From Patescibacteria group bacterium (GTDB lineage Bacteria; Patescibacteriota; Minisyncoccia; Phycocordibacterales; SBAW01), in NCBI GenBank assembly GCA_028864875.1, contig JAGWLV010000002.1, forward strand, positions 1 through 56,024: a stretch of DNA of 56,024 nt, read 5' to 3'. Shown piece after piece: positions 17,834-26,170 of this stretch. Made by a program: the position numbers and the translations under genes. The stretch's first letter is position 1, and each line of letters begins with the position of its first letter. The notes beneath the pieces are model-generated. The model was not told where the DNA came from, searched no databases, and was given only the letters and a program-made list of their open reading frames with translations.

Positions 17834-17872
17834 GTCCCGCTCCTGGTATATACTTGTGGGCGGGATTTTTTC
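17834..17872 (+). terminator. Probable intrinsic terminator after tuf
   Basis: GTCCCGC...GCGGGAT stem with a large loop, followed by TTTTTT. Confidence 0.55.
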
Positions 17873-18000
17873 TTGCTACTGTAGAGAGCGTTCCAATTAC
17901 AAGTGAGTAAGCAACCGGGTATAGGTTACGGCCAACTGTAAAAAGTTAGACCGAGAACTAGACCCCCAGGCAACTCGTTGCCTGAAGATATAAAAGAAAT

Positions 18001-18426
18001 ATGGCTACCGCTAAAAAGACCCCAGTTAAAAAAGTTTCCGCTAAGGTAAAAGCGGCTCCTGCCACGGCGTCCGCCGAGGCAAAGCCCAAGCGCACAAAGA
18101 AAGTCACCGCGCCGGTTGAAGTGCAGCGTCTGCGCATCAAAGTGCGCGCGTACGAGCACAAAGTGCTCGACGCAAGCGTCAAGCAGATTTTGGACACGGC
18201 GCTGCGCTACGACGCAAAAGTCGCCGGGCCCATCCCTCTGCCGACCGAAATTAAAAAGTACACGGTCAACCGCTCGACCTTTATCTACAAAGACGCGCGC
18301 GAGCAGTTTGAGATGCGCATCCACAAGCGCCTCATCGACATCCTCGACCCGAGCCCCAAAGTCATCGAAGCTCTGACGAACTTGTCTCTACCCTCGGGCG
18401 TTACCATCGATGTGAAGATGGCATAA
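18001..18426 (+). CDS. rpsJ: 30S ribosomal protein S10 with a ~40-aa Lys/Ala-rich N-terminal extension
   Basis: The core [15 protein letters not shown]...HKRLIDI is S10. It is preceded by [34 protein letters not shown]. Confidence 0.93.
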   Translation: MATAKKTPVKKVSAKVKAAPATASAEAKPKRTKKVTAPVEVQRLRIKVRAYEHKVLDASVKQILDTALRYDAKVAGPIPLPTEIKKYTVNRSTFIYKDAREQFEMRIHKRLIDILDPSPKVIEALTNLSLPSGVTIDVKMA

Positions 18427-18512
18427 GATTAGGATGTCCGGTCCGGGTCGAAGGGGCGAACCCCGTTGTAGACCGCCGGAGACCGACTGGTTGCTACGAA
18501 TTGCCAGTCAGA

Positions 18513-18551
18513 GGGCGGCTCACCCGTGAAAACGAGCCGCCCTTTCTCTTT
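18513..18551 (+). terminator. Intrinsic terminator directly after rpsJ
   Basis: GGGCGGCTC-acccgtgaaaac-GAGCCGCCC followed by TTTCTCTTTTT. Confidence 0.75.
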
Positions 18552-18569
18552 TTGTGCTATAGTAGAGAT

Positions 18570-18643
18570 GTTCAGGTCCCCTGAACGAACTTCCAACCAT
18601 TCTGCGGCGCTTTGGGATTCAGACCCCCTGGCGCCGCTTTTTT
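18570..18643 (+). ncRNA. Candidate short transcript or attenuating leader between rpsJ and rplC
   Basis: TGcTATAGT at 18555..18563 lies 7 nt upstream. A 5' hairpin TTCAGG/CCTGAA spans 18571..18585. The stem GCGGCGC (18604-10)/GCGCCGC (18631-37) is followed by TTTTTT. A further -10-like box TGaTATATAGT lies at 18664..18674 before rplC. Confidence 0.4.
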
Positions 18644-18730
18644 ATTTGCATAAAAAGGGGTGGTGATATATAGTCCTTGGGACTCTAGACATAGAGTTGT
18701 TCCACGTCTCCCCGGAGACCAATAGACAAC

Positions 18731-19360
18731 ATGAAATTTATCCTTGGCCAAAAGGGCAAGATGCTCACAGTATTTACCGACGACGGTCGGGCCTTTGCCG
18801 CGACCGTCGTTGTGGCTGCGCCGAACACCGTCACGCAAATTAAGTCCAAAGAAAAAGACGGCTACGCCGCAGTGCAACTCGGCGCCCTCGAAGGCAAAGA
18901 AAAGCACATGCGCAAGCCGCAGCTCGGCCACGCGAAGGGGAAGGCGCTGCGCGCATTTGCAGAATTCCGCCCGCGCTCGGGCACGCCCGTTGAGGGTGTC
19001 GAACTTGGAGTGGCTATCGATGTCTCGGCCTTTGCGGCGGGGGACAAGGTGACCGTCTCTGCCATTTCCAAAGGCAAGGGCTTTGCGGGTGTGGTCAAGC
19101 GCCATGGCTTCCACGGCGGGCCGCGTTCCCACGGTCAAAAGCACTCCGAGCGGAGCCCCGGCTCCATAGGCGGCGGCGGCGGGCGCGCAGGCGGGCGTGT
19201 GGCCAAGGGTATGCGCATGGCCGGGCGCATGGGCAGCGACCGCGTGTCGGTGCGCAACCTTTCGATACTCCAAGTGCACCCCGAAACAAACGAACTCGTC
19301 ATCTCCGGCGCGATTCCTGGTAAGCGCGGCACACTGGTAGAAGTGCGCGGCGAACAATAA
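18731..19360 (+). CDS. rplC: 50S ribosomal protein L3
   Basis: 209 aa with GKGFAGVVKRHGF.GGP.SHG. Confidence 0.97.
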   Translation: MKFILGQKGKMLTVFTDDGRAFAATVVVAAPNTVTQIKSKEKDGYAAVQLGALEGKEKHMRKPQLGHAKGKALRAFAEFRPRSGTPVEGVELGVAIDVSAFAAGDKVTVSAISKGKGFAGVVKRHGFHGGPRSHGQKHSERSPGSIGGGGGRAGGRVAKGMRMAGRMGSDRVSVRNLSILQVHPETNELVISGAIPGKRGTLVEVRGEQ

Positions 19361-19364
19361 ATAC

Positions 19365-20045
19365 ATGAGCGTAGCAAAAAATAAAACTAGTATGGAAGCA
19401 AAAATTTACAACATGCAGGGCAAAGAGGTGGGGACGACGACGCTCCCCGAATCGGTCTTCGGCGCGCGCTGGAGTGCCGACCTTGTGCACCAAGTCGTCA
19501 CCTCGATGCAGGCTAATACCCGCGCGCCTATCGCGCACACCAAGACCCGCGGCGAGGTCCGCGGCGGCGGCAAAAAGCCGTGGGCCCAAAAGGGCACCGG
19601 CCAGGCGCGCCACGGCTCGACCCGCAGCCCCATTTGGGTCGGCGGCGGCATCTCCCACGGCCCGCGCAACGCGCGCAGCTACGTCAAAAAGGTAAACCGC
19701 TCGATGCGCCAGGCGGCGCTGCGCGCCGTGCTCTCGCGCAAGGCCCGCGACGGCGAACTCATCCTTGTTGAAAACATCGCCATGCAAACGCCGAAAGCCG
19801 CCGAGGCCAAGGCGATGCTCGCCGCTCTCTCCAAGGCGGGCTTTGCGCTGCAGCGCCGCCGCAACGCGGCGCTTATCGCGCTCCCCGCGCCCTCCAAGGC
19901 GGCGCACAAGTCCTTCCGCAACTTTGGCAACGTGGCGGTCGAGGAGCTGCGCAACATCAACCCGGTTTCCGTCCTCTCCAAAAAGTATCTCGTGATTGCC
20001 AATCCGAAAGCGGCGTTTGAGGCGCTTGAGAAGTCCGCAACCTAA
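19365..20045 (+). CDS. rplD: 50S ribosomal protein L4
   Basis: 226 aa with TKTRGEVRGGGKKPWAQKGTGQARHGS. Confidence 0.96.
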   Translation: MSVAKNKTSMEAKIYNMQGKEVGTTTLPESVFGARWSADLVHQVVTSMQANTRAPIAHTKTRGEVRGGGKKPWAQKGTGQARHGSTRSPIWVGGGISHGPRNARSYVKKVNRSMRQAALRAVLSRKARDGELILVENIAMQTPKAAEAKAMLAALSKAGFALQRRRNAALIALPAPSKAAHKSFRNFGNVAVEELRNINPVSVLSKKYLVIANPKAAFEALEKSAT

Positions 20046-20050
20046 ACTAT

Positions 20051-20335
20051 ATGAAACACTCTTCGCACATACTCCTCTCGCCGCGCATCACCGAAAAGGG
20101 CGCGCTCCTCTCGCAGCACAACTGTTGGGTCTTTAATGTGGCGCCTTCTGCAAGCAAGCGTGATGTTGCCGAGGCGGTGCGCGCGGTCTACAATGTGCGC
20201 CCGCGCAAAGTGACACTCGCCGCGCTCCCCACCAAAACGCGCGTCACCCGCGGCACCAACCGCATGGGAGTGAGCGGCGGGGGCAAGAAGGCGTACGTAT
20301 ACCTCAAGCAGGGCGACACCATCGAGTTCGCATAG
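20051..20335 (+). CDS. rplW: 50S ribosomal protein L23
   Basis: 94 aa; ITEKGALL...FNVAPSASKRDVAEAV...GKKAYV. Confidence 0.93.
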   Translation: MKHSSHILLSPRITEKGALLSQHNCWVFNVAPSASKRDVAEAVRAVYNVRPRKVTLAALPTKTRVTRGTNRMGVSGGGKKAYVYLKQGDTIEFA

Positions 20336-20364
20336 TTCGACTACGCTCACTACAAGTAACTACT

Positions 20365-21210
20365 ATGAAATCCTACAAGCCATACACCAAATCGCGCCGC
20401 CACATGTCCAACGTGCCCTTCCGCACGCTGCTGAGCACAAGCGAGCCGCACAAGGCGCTCACAAAAGGCGGCAAACGCGACATGGGCCGCAGCCACGGCC
20501 GGATTTCGACGCGCCACAAGGGCGGCGGACACAAGCGCCGCTTCCGCGACGTCGACTTTACGTACAAAAAGCTCGTCCCCGCGCGTGTCGAAACTATCGA
20601 GTACGACCCGAACCGCTCGGGCTTCATCGGCCTCCTCCTCTACCGCGACGGTGAGCGCCGCTACGCACTCCTGCCCCGCACGACCAAAGTGGGCGACCCC
20701 ATCGAGACGGGCGAGGACGCCGCGCCCAAGCCGGGCAACCGGCTGCCGCTGCGGAGCGTCCCTATCGGCGCGTTTGTCTACAATGTTGAGATTAAGCCCG
20801 GACAGGGCGGCAAGCTCGGGCGCTCGGCCGGGGTGCACATCGAGGTTGTTGCGCGCGACCAGGGATATGTCGACCTCAAGATGCCTTCGAGCGAAATCCG
20901 CAAAGTCCCCGAGACCTGCTTTGCAACGCTCGGCGAAGTGAGCAATGACGAGCACCACCTCACTATTGTGGGTAAGGCCGGCCGCAGCCGCTGGAAGGGC
21001 ATCCGCCCGACCGTGCGCGGCTCGGCGATGAACCCGGTCGACCACCCCTACGGCGGCGGCGAAGGCCGCCAAGGCCGCGGCACCCGCCGCGCAAAATCGC
21101 TGTGGGGCAAGCCGACCGGCAAGGGTCAAAAGACGCGCACACCGAAGAAGTACTCCAACTACTTGATTGTGAGCCGCCGCAAAGTCGGCAAACGCAACGC
21201 CAAACAATAA
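20365..21210 (+). CDS. rplB: 50S ribosomal protein L2
   Basis: 281 aa with GRSHGRISTRHKGGGHKRR and VRGSAMNPVDHPYGGGEG. Confidence 0.97.
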   Translation: MKSYKPYTKSRRHMSNVPFRTLLSTSEPHKALTKGGKRDMGRSHGRISTRHKGGGHKRRFRDVDFTYKKLVPARVETIEYDPNRSGFIGLLLYRDGERRYALLPRTTKVGDPIETGEDAAPKPGNRLPLRSVPIGAFVYNVEIKPGQGGKLGRSAGVHIEVVARDQGYVDLKMPSSEIRKVPETCFATLGEVSNDEHHLTIVGKAGRSRWKGIRPTVRGSAMNPVDHPYGGGEGRQGRGTRRAKSLWGKPTGKGQKTRTPKKYSNYLIVSRRKVGKRNAKQ

Positions 21211-21283
21211 GAGCAGGCTTCGCCTTTCATAACGCCGTCGCTCGCTCGGAAGAATAAATTCTTCGCTCGCTTCGCTAGGCGTT

Positions 21284-21319
21284 AATAAAAACAAACCGCC
21301 CCGGACTGAAAAGTCCGGG
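21284..21319 (-). terminator. Intrinsic terminator for the antisense gene
   Basis: The minus strand reads CCCGGACT-tttc-AGTCCGGG followed by GCGGTTTGTTTTTATT. Confidence 0.7.
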
Positions 21320-21334
21320 ACGTGTTGCATGTAG

Positions 21335-21916
21335 TTAGGCTACACGCAACTTCTTGCGGCTCCCCGACGGTTTGTAGAAAAAACCATCATGAAGAGTGAC
21401 GAACTTTTTTTCGACAGGTTGCCCTATCCTTTCGCAGTAGTTTTGCAGCACTTCAGCCCACGCCTGGTCAAGAAATTTCGAGTCGATCGACTCATCAATT
21501 AGCACATTCTCAGGGGCATAGTGTTTCATTTCGAGAAATCCGAGCCGCTGTGCGTCGTAGGACGACGGATTGACCGAGCCAAAGCCGAAGTGCGGCGCGA
21601 CTGTCGCCCAGGTGACCCGCCCGTCGCCTCCGGCAAATTCGGCCACGCGCCGGAATGCAAGAGCCAGAGGATTTTGGTCATTCCAGCAGGTCTTGACGGT
21701 TGAGCGGACTTTCCCCTCAAAGATGGAGACCATCTCTAAGTACCAGCCGGGCGGGGCATTTTCCTCTAGCCACTTGAAGCCGTTTTTAGCGCGCTCAAGC
21801 ACATTGGCTGGCAAGTCGATTGCTTTTATGGCCGCCTGAACATGAGGTGAGAATTGGGAGAGATCTACAGCCACGACACTTCTCCATCGTTGTTTCAGCC
21901 GCTCAAAAAATAGCAT
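21335..21916 (-). CDS. Hypothetical protein, antisense insertion between rplB and rpsS
   Basis: 193-aa ORF with protein-like composition and no motif I recognise. It is AT-richer than its flanks. If the leader module at 21894..21915 is real, the likely start is GTG 21874, with GGAG about 8 nt upstream. Confidence 0.6.
   Translation of the reverse strand: MLFFERLKQRWRSVVAVDLSQFSPHVQAAIKAIDLPANVLERAKNGFKWLEENAPPGWYLEMVSIFEGKVRSTVKTCWNDQNPLALAFRRVAEFAGGDGRVTWATVAPHFGFGSVNPSSYDAQRLGFLEMKHYAPENVLIDESIDSKFLDQAWAEVLQNYCERIGQPVEKKFVTLHDGFFYKPSGSRKKLRVA
21894..21915 (-). promoter_or_regulatory. Promoter/5'-leader module: TGcTATTTT-6nt-GGCTGAA
   Basis: Minus-strand reading is TGcTATTTTttgagcGGCTGAAacaacgatGGAGaagtgtcGTG. 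It overlaps the first codons of the long ORF version. Confidence 0.4.
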
Positions 21917-22029
21917 AATTTGACGCCCCTAGCCACTTCCTATATAGTGCCCGTACATCCCGTGCTGCAAGGTCCAGGCGCTCGCTGCTTGTGACGGGCA
22001 GGGGAATTTCATTTGGAAATAAAAAAATC

Positions 22030-22377
22030 ATGTCACGCAGTCTCAAAAAAGGTCCGTACGTGGACGAAAAATTGCTCCAAAAAGTAGCCGGCACAAAGCC
22101 CGGCTCTGTGACCATCAAAACATGGGCGCGCCGCAGCGCGATTGCGCCGGAGTTCGTCGGCTTTACCTTCGGGGTGCACAACGGCAAGTCGCACATCGAC
22201 GTGCTCGTGACCGAGGATATGGTCGGGCACCGCTTGGGCGAATTTTCTCCGACCAAGAAGTTTACCCGCCACGGCGGCAAGATGCAGAAGGAGCTCGAGC
22301 AGAAGCAGAAGGAGGCTGAAATCGCCGCAGCCCAAGCCGCCAAATCTGTCACCGACACCAAGGAGAAGAAGCAATAA
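22030..22377 (+). CDS. rpsS: 30S ribosomal protein S19 with a charged C-terminal extension
   Basis: [16 protein letters not shown]...[13 protein letters not shown], plus the tail [34 protein letters not shown]. Start trimmed to ATG 22030. Confidence 0.93.
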   Translation: MSRSLKKGPYVDEKLLQKVAGTKPGSVTIKTWARRSAIAPEFVGFTFGVHNGKSHIDVLVTEDMVGHRLGEFSPTKKFTRHGGKMQKELEQKQKEAEIAAAQAAKSVTDTKEKKQ

Positions 22378-22380
22378 CGT

Positions 22381-22746
22381 ATGGCAGTCTCAACCGCACA
22401 ACTCAAAAACTACCGCCAGTCGCCGCGCAAAGTGCGCTTGGTGGCCGACTTGGTGCGCGGCAAGTCCGCGGCCCGCGCGCTCGACATACTTGGCGCACTC
22501 CCCAAGCGCGCGAGCGACCCCATGGCCACGTTGATTAAGTCTGCGGTCGCCAACGCGGCTGGCGTCCCCGCGAGCGAGCTCTACATCGAGCGCATTGAGG
22601 TTAACGGCGGCATCGTCTTTAAGCGCATGATGCCCCGCGCGCGCGGCCGTGCTGCACAAATCCTCAAGCGCACGAGCCACGTCACAATCGCGCTTGCCAA
22701 AAAGCAACCCAAACAGCAGAAAGCCCCCAAGGCGGCTAAAAAATAA
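22381..22746 (+). CDS. rplV: 50S ribosomal protein L22
   Basis: 121 aa; SPRKVRLVADLVRGKSAARALDIL. Confidence 0.95.
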   Translation: MAVSTAQLKNYRQSPRKVRLVADLVRGKSAARALDILGALPKRASDPMATLIKSAVANAAGVPASELYIERIEVNGGIVFKRMMPRARGRAAQILKRTSHVTIALAKKQPKQQKAPKAAKK

Positions 22747-22747
22747 T

Positions 22748-23416
22748 ATGTCTAAAGTAGTACACCCATTTGCACACCGCCTCGGAATTTTGTGTGACTG
22801 GCGCCACCGCTGGTTCGCCGACGGCCCCCAGTACGTCCAAAATCTCAAGGGCGACATTTTGCTGCGCGAATTTTTGCTCCATGAGCTGCGCGGCATGTAC
22901 GTGGGCGGCCTTGAAATCGAGCGCAGCAAGAACCTGCGCGTCGTCATCAAGACCTCGCGCCCCGGCATGCTCATCGGCAAGCAGGGCGAGGGCTCGAGCA
23001 AACTGCGCCAATCGATCGCCGACTTTCTTAAGAGCAAGAAACTCCCCGTACCCGAAATAAAACTCGACATCGAGGAAATCCGCTCGCCGGAGAGTAACGC
23101 CGCTATTGTGGCGTGGATGGTGGCCGAGAGTTTGGAGAAGCGGATGCCCTTCCGCCGCGTGCTCAAGCAAACTATTGAAAAAGTGATGGCCAACCGTGAC
23201 GTCAAAGGCGTGCGCATCGCCGTTGCGGGTATGCTTGGCACAGGCTCGATGTCGCGCACCGAGGAGCTCAAGAAAGGCCGCATTCCTCTGCAAACGTTCC
23301 GCTCCGACATCGACTTTGCACGCGAGCGTGCAAACTTGCCGCTCGGCGTCATCGGCATCAAGGTATGGATATACAAAGGCGAGGTCTTTGCCGGCGAGAA
23401 GGAGAAGTCTAAGTAA
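22748..23416 (+). CDS. rpsC: 30S ribosomal protein S3
   Basis: MSKVVHPFAHRLGI..., KH domain, GRIPLQTFRSDIDFA. Start trimmed. Confidence 0.96.
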   Translation: MSKVVHPFAHRLGILCDWRHRWFADGPQYVQNLKGDILLREFLLHELRGMYVGGLEIERSKNLRVVIKTSRPGMLIGKQGEGSSKLRQSIADFLKSKKLPVPEIKLDIEEIRSPESNAAIVAWMVAESLEKRMPFRRVLKQTIEKVMANRDVKGVRIAVAGMLGTGSMSRTEELKKGRIPLQTFRSDIDFARERANLPLGVIGIKVWIYKGEVFAGEKEKSK

Positions 23417-23422
23417 ACCACC

Positions 23423-23845
23423 ATGCTATTTCCTAAAAAAGTAAAATTCCGCAAGTGGCACACGATGCGCCGCAACGCAAAGCGTGGCAAGGTGGAGACC
23501 CGCGGCATCACGGTCGCCTTTGGTAGTCACGGACTTAAAGCCACAACCCACGCACGCGTGCGCTCCAACCAAATCGAGAGCGCCCGCAAGGTTATCGCCC
23601 GCTCGCTCGGCAAGACCGGCAAGCAGTGGGTGCGCATCTTCCCGGACAAGCCCTTTACGCAAAAGCCGCCTGAAGTGAAACTCGGCAAGGGCAAGGGCGA
23701 CCCGCAGGGCTATGAGGTTGAGGTGTGGCCGGGTCGTGTCTTGTTTGAGGTCGACGGTGTCGGCGATGTTGCTGCTATCGAGGCGCTCACCAAGGCCGCC
23801 AAGAAACTCCCGCTCAAAGCCAAGGTTGTTGCACGCACGCACTAA
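23423..23845 (+). CDS. rplP: 50S ribosomal protein L16
   Basis: 140 aa; MLFPKKVKFRKWH...RMGKGKG-like LGKGKGDP. Confidence 0.96.
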   Translation: MLFPKKVKFRKWHTMRRNAKRGKVETRGITVAFGSHGLKATTHARVRSNQIESARKVIARSLGKTGKQWVRIFPDKPFTQKPPEVKLGKGKGDPQGYEVEVWPGRVLFEVDGVGDVAAIEALTKAAKKLPLKAKVVARTH

Positions 23846-23846
23846 T

Positions 23847-24035
23847 ATGGCACAAAAGACTTCATACAACGGCCGCTCCAAAGAGGAGCTCCTCAAAACC
23901 GCAAACGACAAGCGCGAGGAGCTGCGTGTCTTGCGCTTTGGCTCCGCGGGGAGTAAAAACAAGAACGTCAAAGCGGTCCGCACGCTGCGCAAGGACATAG
24001 CACGGGTGCTCACGGCGATGAACGCACAGAAATAA
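23847..24035 (+). CDS. rpmC: 50S ribosomal protein L29
   Basis: 62 aa; SKEELLKTANDKREELRVLRF...VRTLRKDIARVLT. Start trimmed. Confidence 0.9.
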   Translation: MAQKTSYNGRSKEELLKTANDKREELRVLRFGSAGSKNKNVKAVRTLRKDIARVLTAMNAQK

Positions 24036-24036
24036 T

Positions 24037-24291
24037 ATGGAAAAGACCCAAGAAATAAAAAAACACAAAAAGACGCTCCGGGGTACGGTGGTGTCCGACA
24101 AAATGCAGAACACCGCGGTCGTCGCGGTCACCCGCTATGTCAAACACCCCAAATACAAAAAGTACATGAAGATAACCAAGCGCTACCACGCCCACAATCC
24201 GGACAATAAGGCCAAGGAAGGGGAGAGCGTCACCATCCGCTCCTGCCGCCCCATGAGCCGTCACAAACACTTCGAGATTGTGTTCGCCTAA
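24037..24291 (+). CDS. rpsQ: 30S ribosomal protein S17
   Basis: 84 aa; LRGTVVSDKMQNTAVVAVTRYVKHPKYKKY. Confidence 0.95.
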   Translation: MEKTQEIKKHKKTLRGTVVSDKMQNTAVVAVTRYVKHPKYKKYMKITKRYHAHNPDNKAKEGESVTIRSCRPMSRHKHFEIVFA

Positions 24292-24298
24292 CATCACT

Positions 24299-24679
24299 AT
24301 GATCCAAGACCGCTCACTCGTCACCATTGCAGACAACACCGGCGCTAAAATCGGCCGGATTTTCAAGATTCTCGGCTCGGCCAAGAAGCGTTACGCGCAC
24401 ATCGGCGAGGTGGTGGTTTTGTCGGTACAAACTGCCGAGCCCCGCAAGAGTGTCAAGAAGAAAGACATTTTGCGCGGCGTTGTCGTGCGCACGCGCGCGC
24501 CATTGCGCCGCAAGGACGGCTCGTACCTGCGCTTTGACGAAAACGCGGTCGTCATTATTGAAGGTACCGGCAAAAACGCCAAAGAGCCCAAGGCCGGCCG
24601 CATCTTCGGTCCCATACCCCGCGAGCTCCAAGAACTCGGCTATCAAACGATAATTTCCCGCGCGCCCGAAGTGGTGTAA
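24299..24679 (+). CDS. rplN: 50S ribosomal protein L14
   Basis: MIQDRSLVTIADNTGAK...VVVRTRAPLRRKDGSYLRFDENAVV. Confidence 0.96.
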   Translation: MIQDRSLVTIADNTGAKIGRIFKILGSAKKRYAHIGEVVVLSVQTAEPRKSVKKKDILRGVVVRTRAPLRRKDGSYLRFDENAVVIIEGTGKNAKEPKAGRIFGPIPRELQELGYQTIISRAPEVV

Positions 24680-24688
24680 AAAGACTAT

Positions 24689-24919
24689 ATGATGCCCAAA
24701 CTCCACATAAAGAAAGGCGACACAGTGACTATCCGCACCGGCAACGACAAAGGCAAAAGCGGCAAGGTGCTGCGCGTCTTCCCCCGCACGAACAAGGTGA
24801 TAGTCGAAGGGGTCGGCATGCGCACCAAGCACCAAAAGCCGCGCAAGGCGGGGCAGGCCGGGCAAATCGTCCAGAAACAACACCCCATCCACGCGAGCAA
24901 CGTAACGCTCAAAAAATAA
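24689..24919 (+). CDS. rplX: 50S ribosomal protein L24
   Basis: 76 aa with the KOW motif: IKKGDTVTIRTGNDKGKSGKVLRV. Confidence 0.94.
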   Translation: MMPKLHIKKGDTVTIRTGNDKGKSGKVLRVFPRTNKVIVEGVGMRTKHQKPRKAGQAGQIVQKQHPIHASNVTLKK

Positions 24920-24925
24920 AACAGT

Positions 24926-25462
24926 ATGGAACTCGTACAAGCAAAACAAAAAAAGACATTTGAATCGCTCAAAAAAGATTTGGGTTGGGACAATCCCATG
25001 CAAGCGCCCCGCGTTGAAAAGGTCGTCGTCTCGGTCGGCGTGGGCCGCCTCGGCAAAGAGAAGGGCAAGCTCGAACTTGTGGCCGACCGCTTGGCAAAAA
25101 TAACCGGCCAAAAGCCGGCGGTGCGCGGCGCCAAGAAGTCTATCGCGACCTTTAAGACCCGCATCGGCGACACGCTCGGCTACCAGGTGACGCTTCGCGG
25201 TGTGCGTGCGACGGACTTCCTCAACCGCTTGATAAATATCGCGCTCCCGCGCACCAAAGACTTTAAAGGCATCTCGACCGCGGCTATAGACGACATGGGC
25301 AACTACACGCTCGGCATCCGCGAGCACACCGTCTTCCCCGAAACGGCCGACGAGGACATCCGCGATGTCTTTGGTCTTGCAGTCACCGTCGTGACGACCG
25401 CAAGGGACAAAAAGACCGCCAAGGCCTATCTCGAGCACCTCGGCTTCCCCTTCAAAAAATAA
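24926..25462 (+). CDS. rplE: 50S ribosomal protein L5
   Basis: 178 aa; NPMQAPRVEKVVVSVGVG...NYTLGIREHTVFPE. Confidence 0.96.
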   Translation: MELVQAKQKKTFESLKKDLGWDNPMQAPRVEKVVVSVGVGRLGKEKGKLELVADRLAKITGQKPAVRGAKKSIATFKTRIGDTLGYQVTLRGVRATDFLNRLINIALPRTKDFKGISTAAIDDMGNYTLGIREHTVFPETADEDIRDVFGLAVTVVTTARDKKTAKAYLEHLGFPFKK

Positions 25463-25471
25463 TTTTAAAAA

Positions 25472-25514
25472 GCAAAACCTCGCCGCCTCGGATTTGAGGG
25501 GCGGGGTTTTTTGT
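25472..25514. terminator. Bidirectional intrinsic terminator (rplE on +, cassette gene B on -)
   Basis: Long hairpin CCTCGCC.CCTC/GAGGGGCGGGG flanked by CAAAA and TTTTTT. Confidence 0.75.
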
Positions 25515-25524
25515 TTGAGGCGGC

Positions 25525-25887
25525 TTATGCCGCGAGCACAGTATCGACCACTTTGAGCAGCACCGGTGTGGGGAGCGTGCGGCCCAGGTACTCGTCGACG
25601 AACGGTGCGATTTCAACCGCCCGGATGCGCCGGCTAAAGCGGTTTATTGTCTCGTCGGTCTCCAAAAACGAGCGCTGCTGGGCGGCGTCGAGCCGCGCCA
25701 GAAGCTTTGGGTCGGAGGCCACCTTTCGAGGCGGGTGGAGTGCCTTGAATTCCTGCGCGAGCCGGATGGCCCCCGCGAGTTTTTTGAGCGACTCTTCAGG
25801 CCGCAGGCCTGCAGCCTCAATCTCCGCGAGCGCTTTCGAAAAGAGCGCGCGGTTGGACTCCACAAGTGTTTGATCAAGCGGCGTCAC
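25525..25887 (-). CDS. Hypothetical helical protein (cassette gene B, 120 aa)
   Basis: GTG 25887 has a GAGGAGG SD 7 nt upstream and overlaps the stop of gene A. Only the C-terminal 120 aa of the 198-aa track ORF looks protein-like (TPLDQTLVESNRALFSKALAEIEAAG...). Confidence 0.55.
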   Translation of the reverse strand: MTPLDQTLVESNRALFSKALAEIEAAGLRPEESLKKLAGAIRLAQEFKALHPPRKVASDPKLLARLDAAQQRSFLETDETINRFSRRIRAVEIAPFVDEYLGRTLPTPVLLKVVDTVLAA

Positions 25888-26152
25888 GAAGCACCTCCTC
25901 CTCGCCGGTTGTCGAAATCCGCACGTGTTTCGTGCCGATCTTGAACACCGCCGAGAGCCATTTGAAGTCCTCGCACGTCCGGACCGTGTTCCGCACAACA
26001 TCCGGACACTCCGGGTGGTGTTTGAGGATGTCGCGGGCGTGTTCGTCGACGTGTTTGGTGTCGTCGGCCTTGTCGTGGGTCGAGACAAACGTGAGAGCGT
26101 CGAGCAGTGCCTCGTAGGCATTGCTTATCTGCTCCTTGAAGTGCGTATCCAT
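25874..26152 (-). CDS. Hypothetical protein (cassette gene A, 92 aa)
   Basis: MDTHFKEQISNAYEALLDAL...EHARDILKHHPECPD.... It has a GGGAGG SD and a GGCTGCAA leader variant upstream. Confidence 0.55.
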   Translation of the reverse strand: MDTHFKEQISNAYEALLDALTFVSTHDKADDTKHVDEHARDILKHHPECPDVVRNTVRTCEDFKWLSAVFKIGTKHVRISTTGEEEVLRDAA

Positions 26153-26170
26153 TGAGCCTCCCTCAGAGAA

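Noticed and set aside
18573-18582. 10-mer CAGGTCCCCT shared by the rplC-upstream RNA (18573..18582) and the rpsN leader (26284..26293).
   Set aside because: A single shared 10-mer is expected by chance many times among all pairs in a 56-kb window. It is noted only as a hint and is not claimed as a motif.
25888-26121. N-terminal 78 aa of the 198-aa ORF 25525..26121 (-).
   Set aside because: This part (MPTRHCSTLSRLSRPTTRPTTPNTSTNTPATSS...) is low-complexity and overlaps gene A in another frame. A GTG with a strong SD at 25887 gives a sensible 120-aa protein instead.
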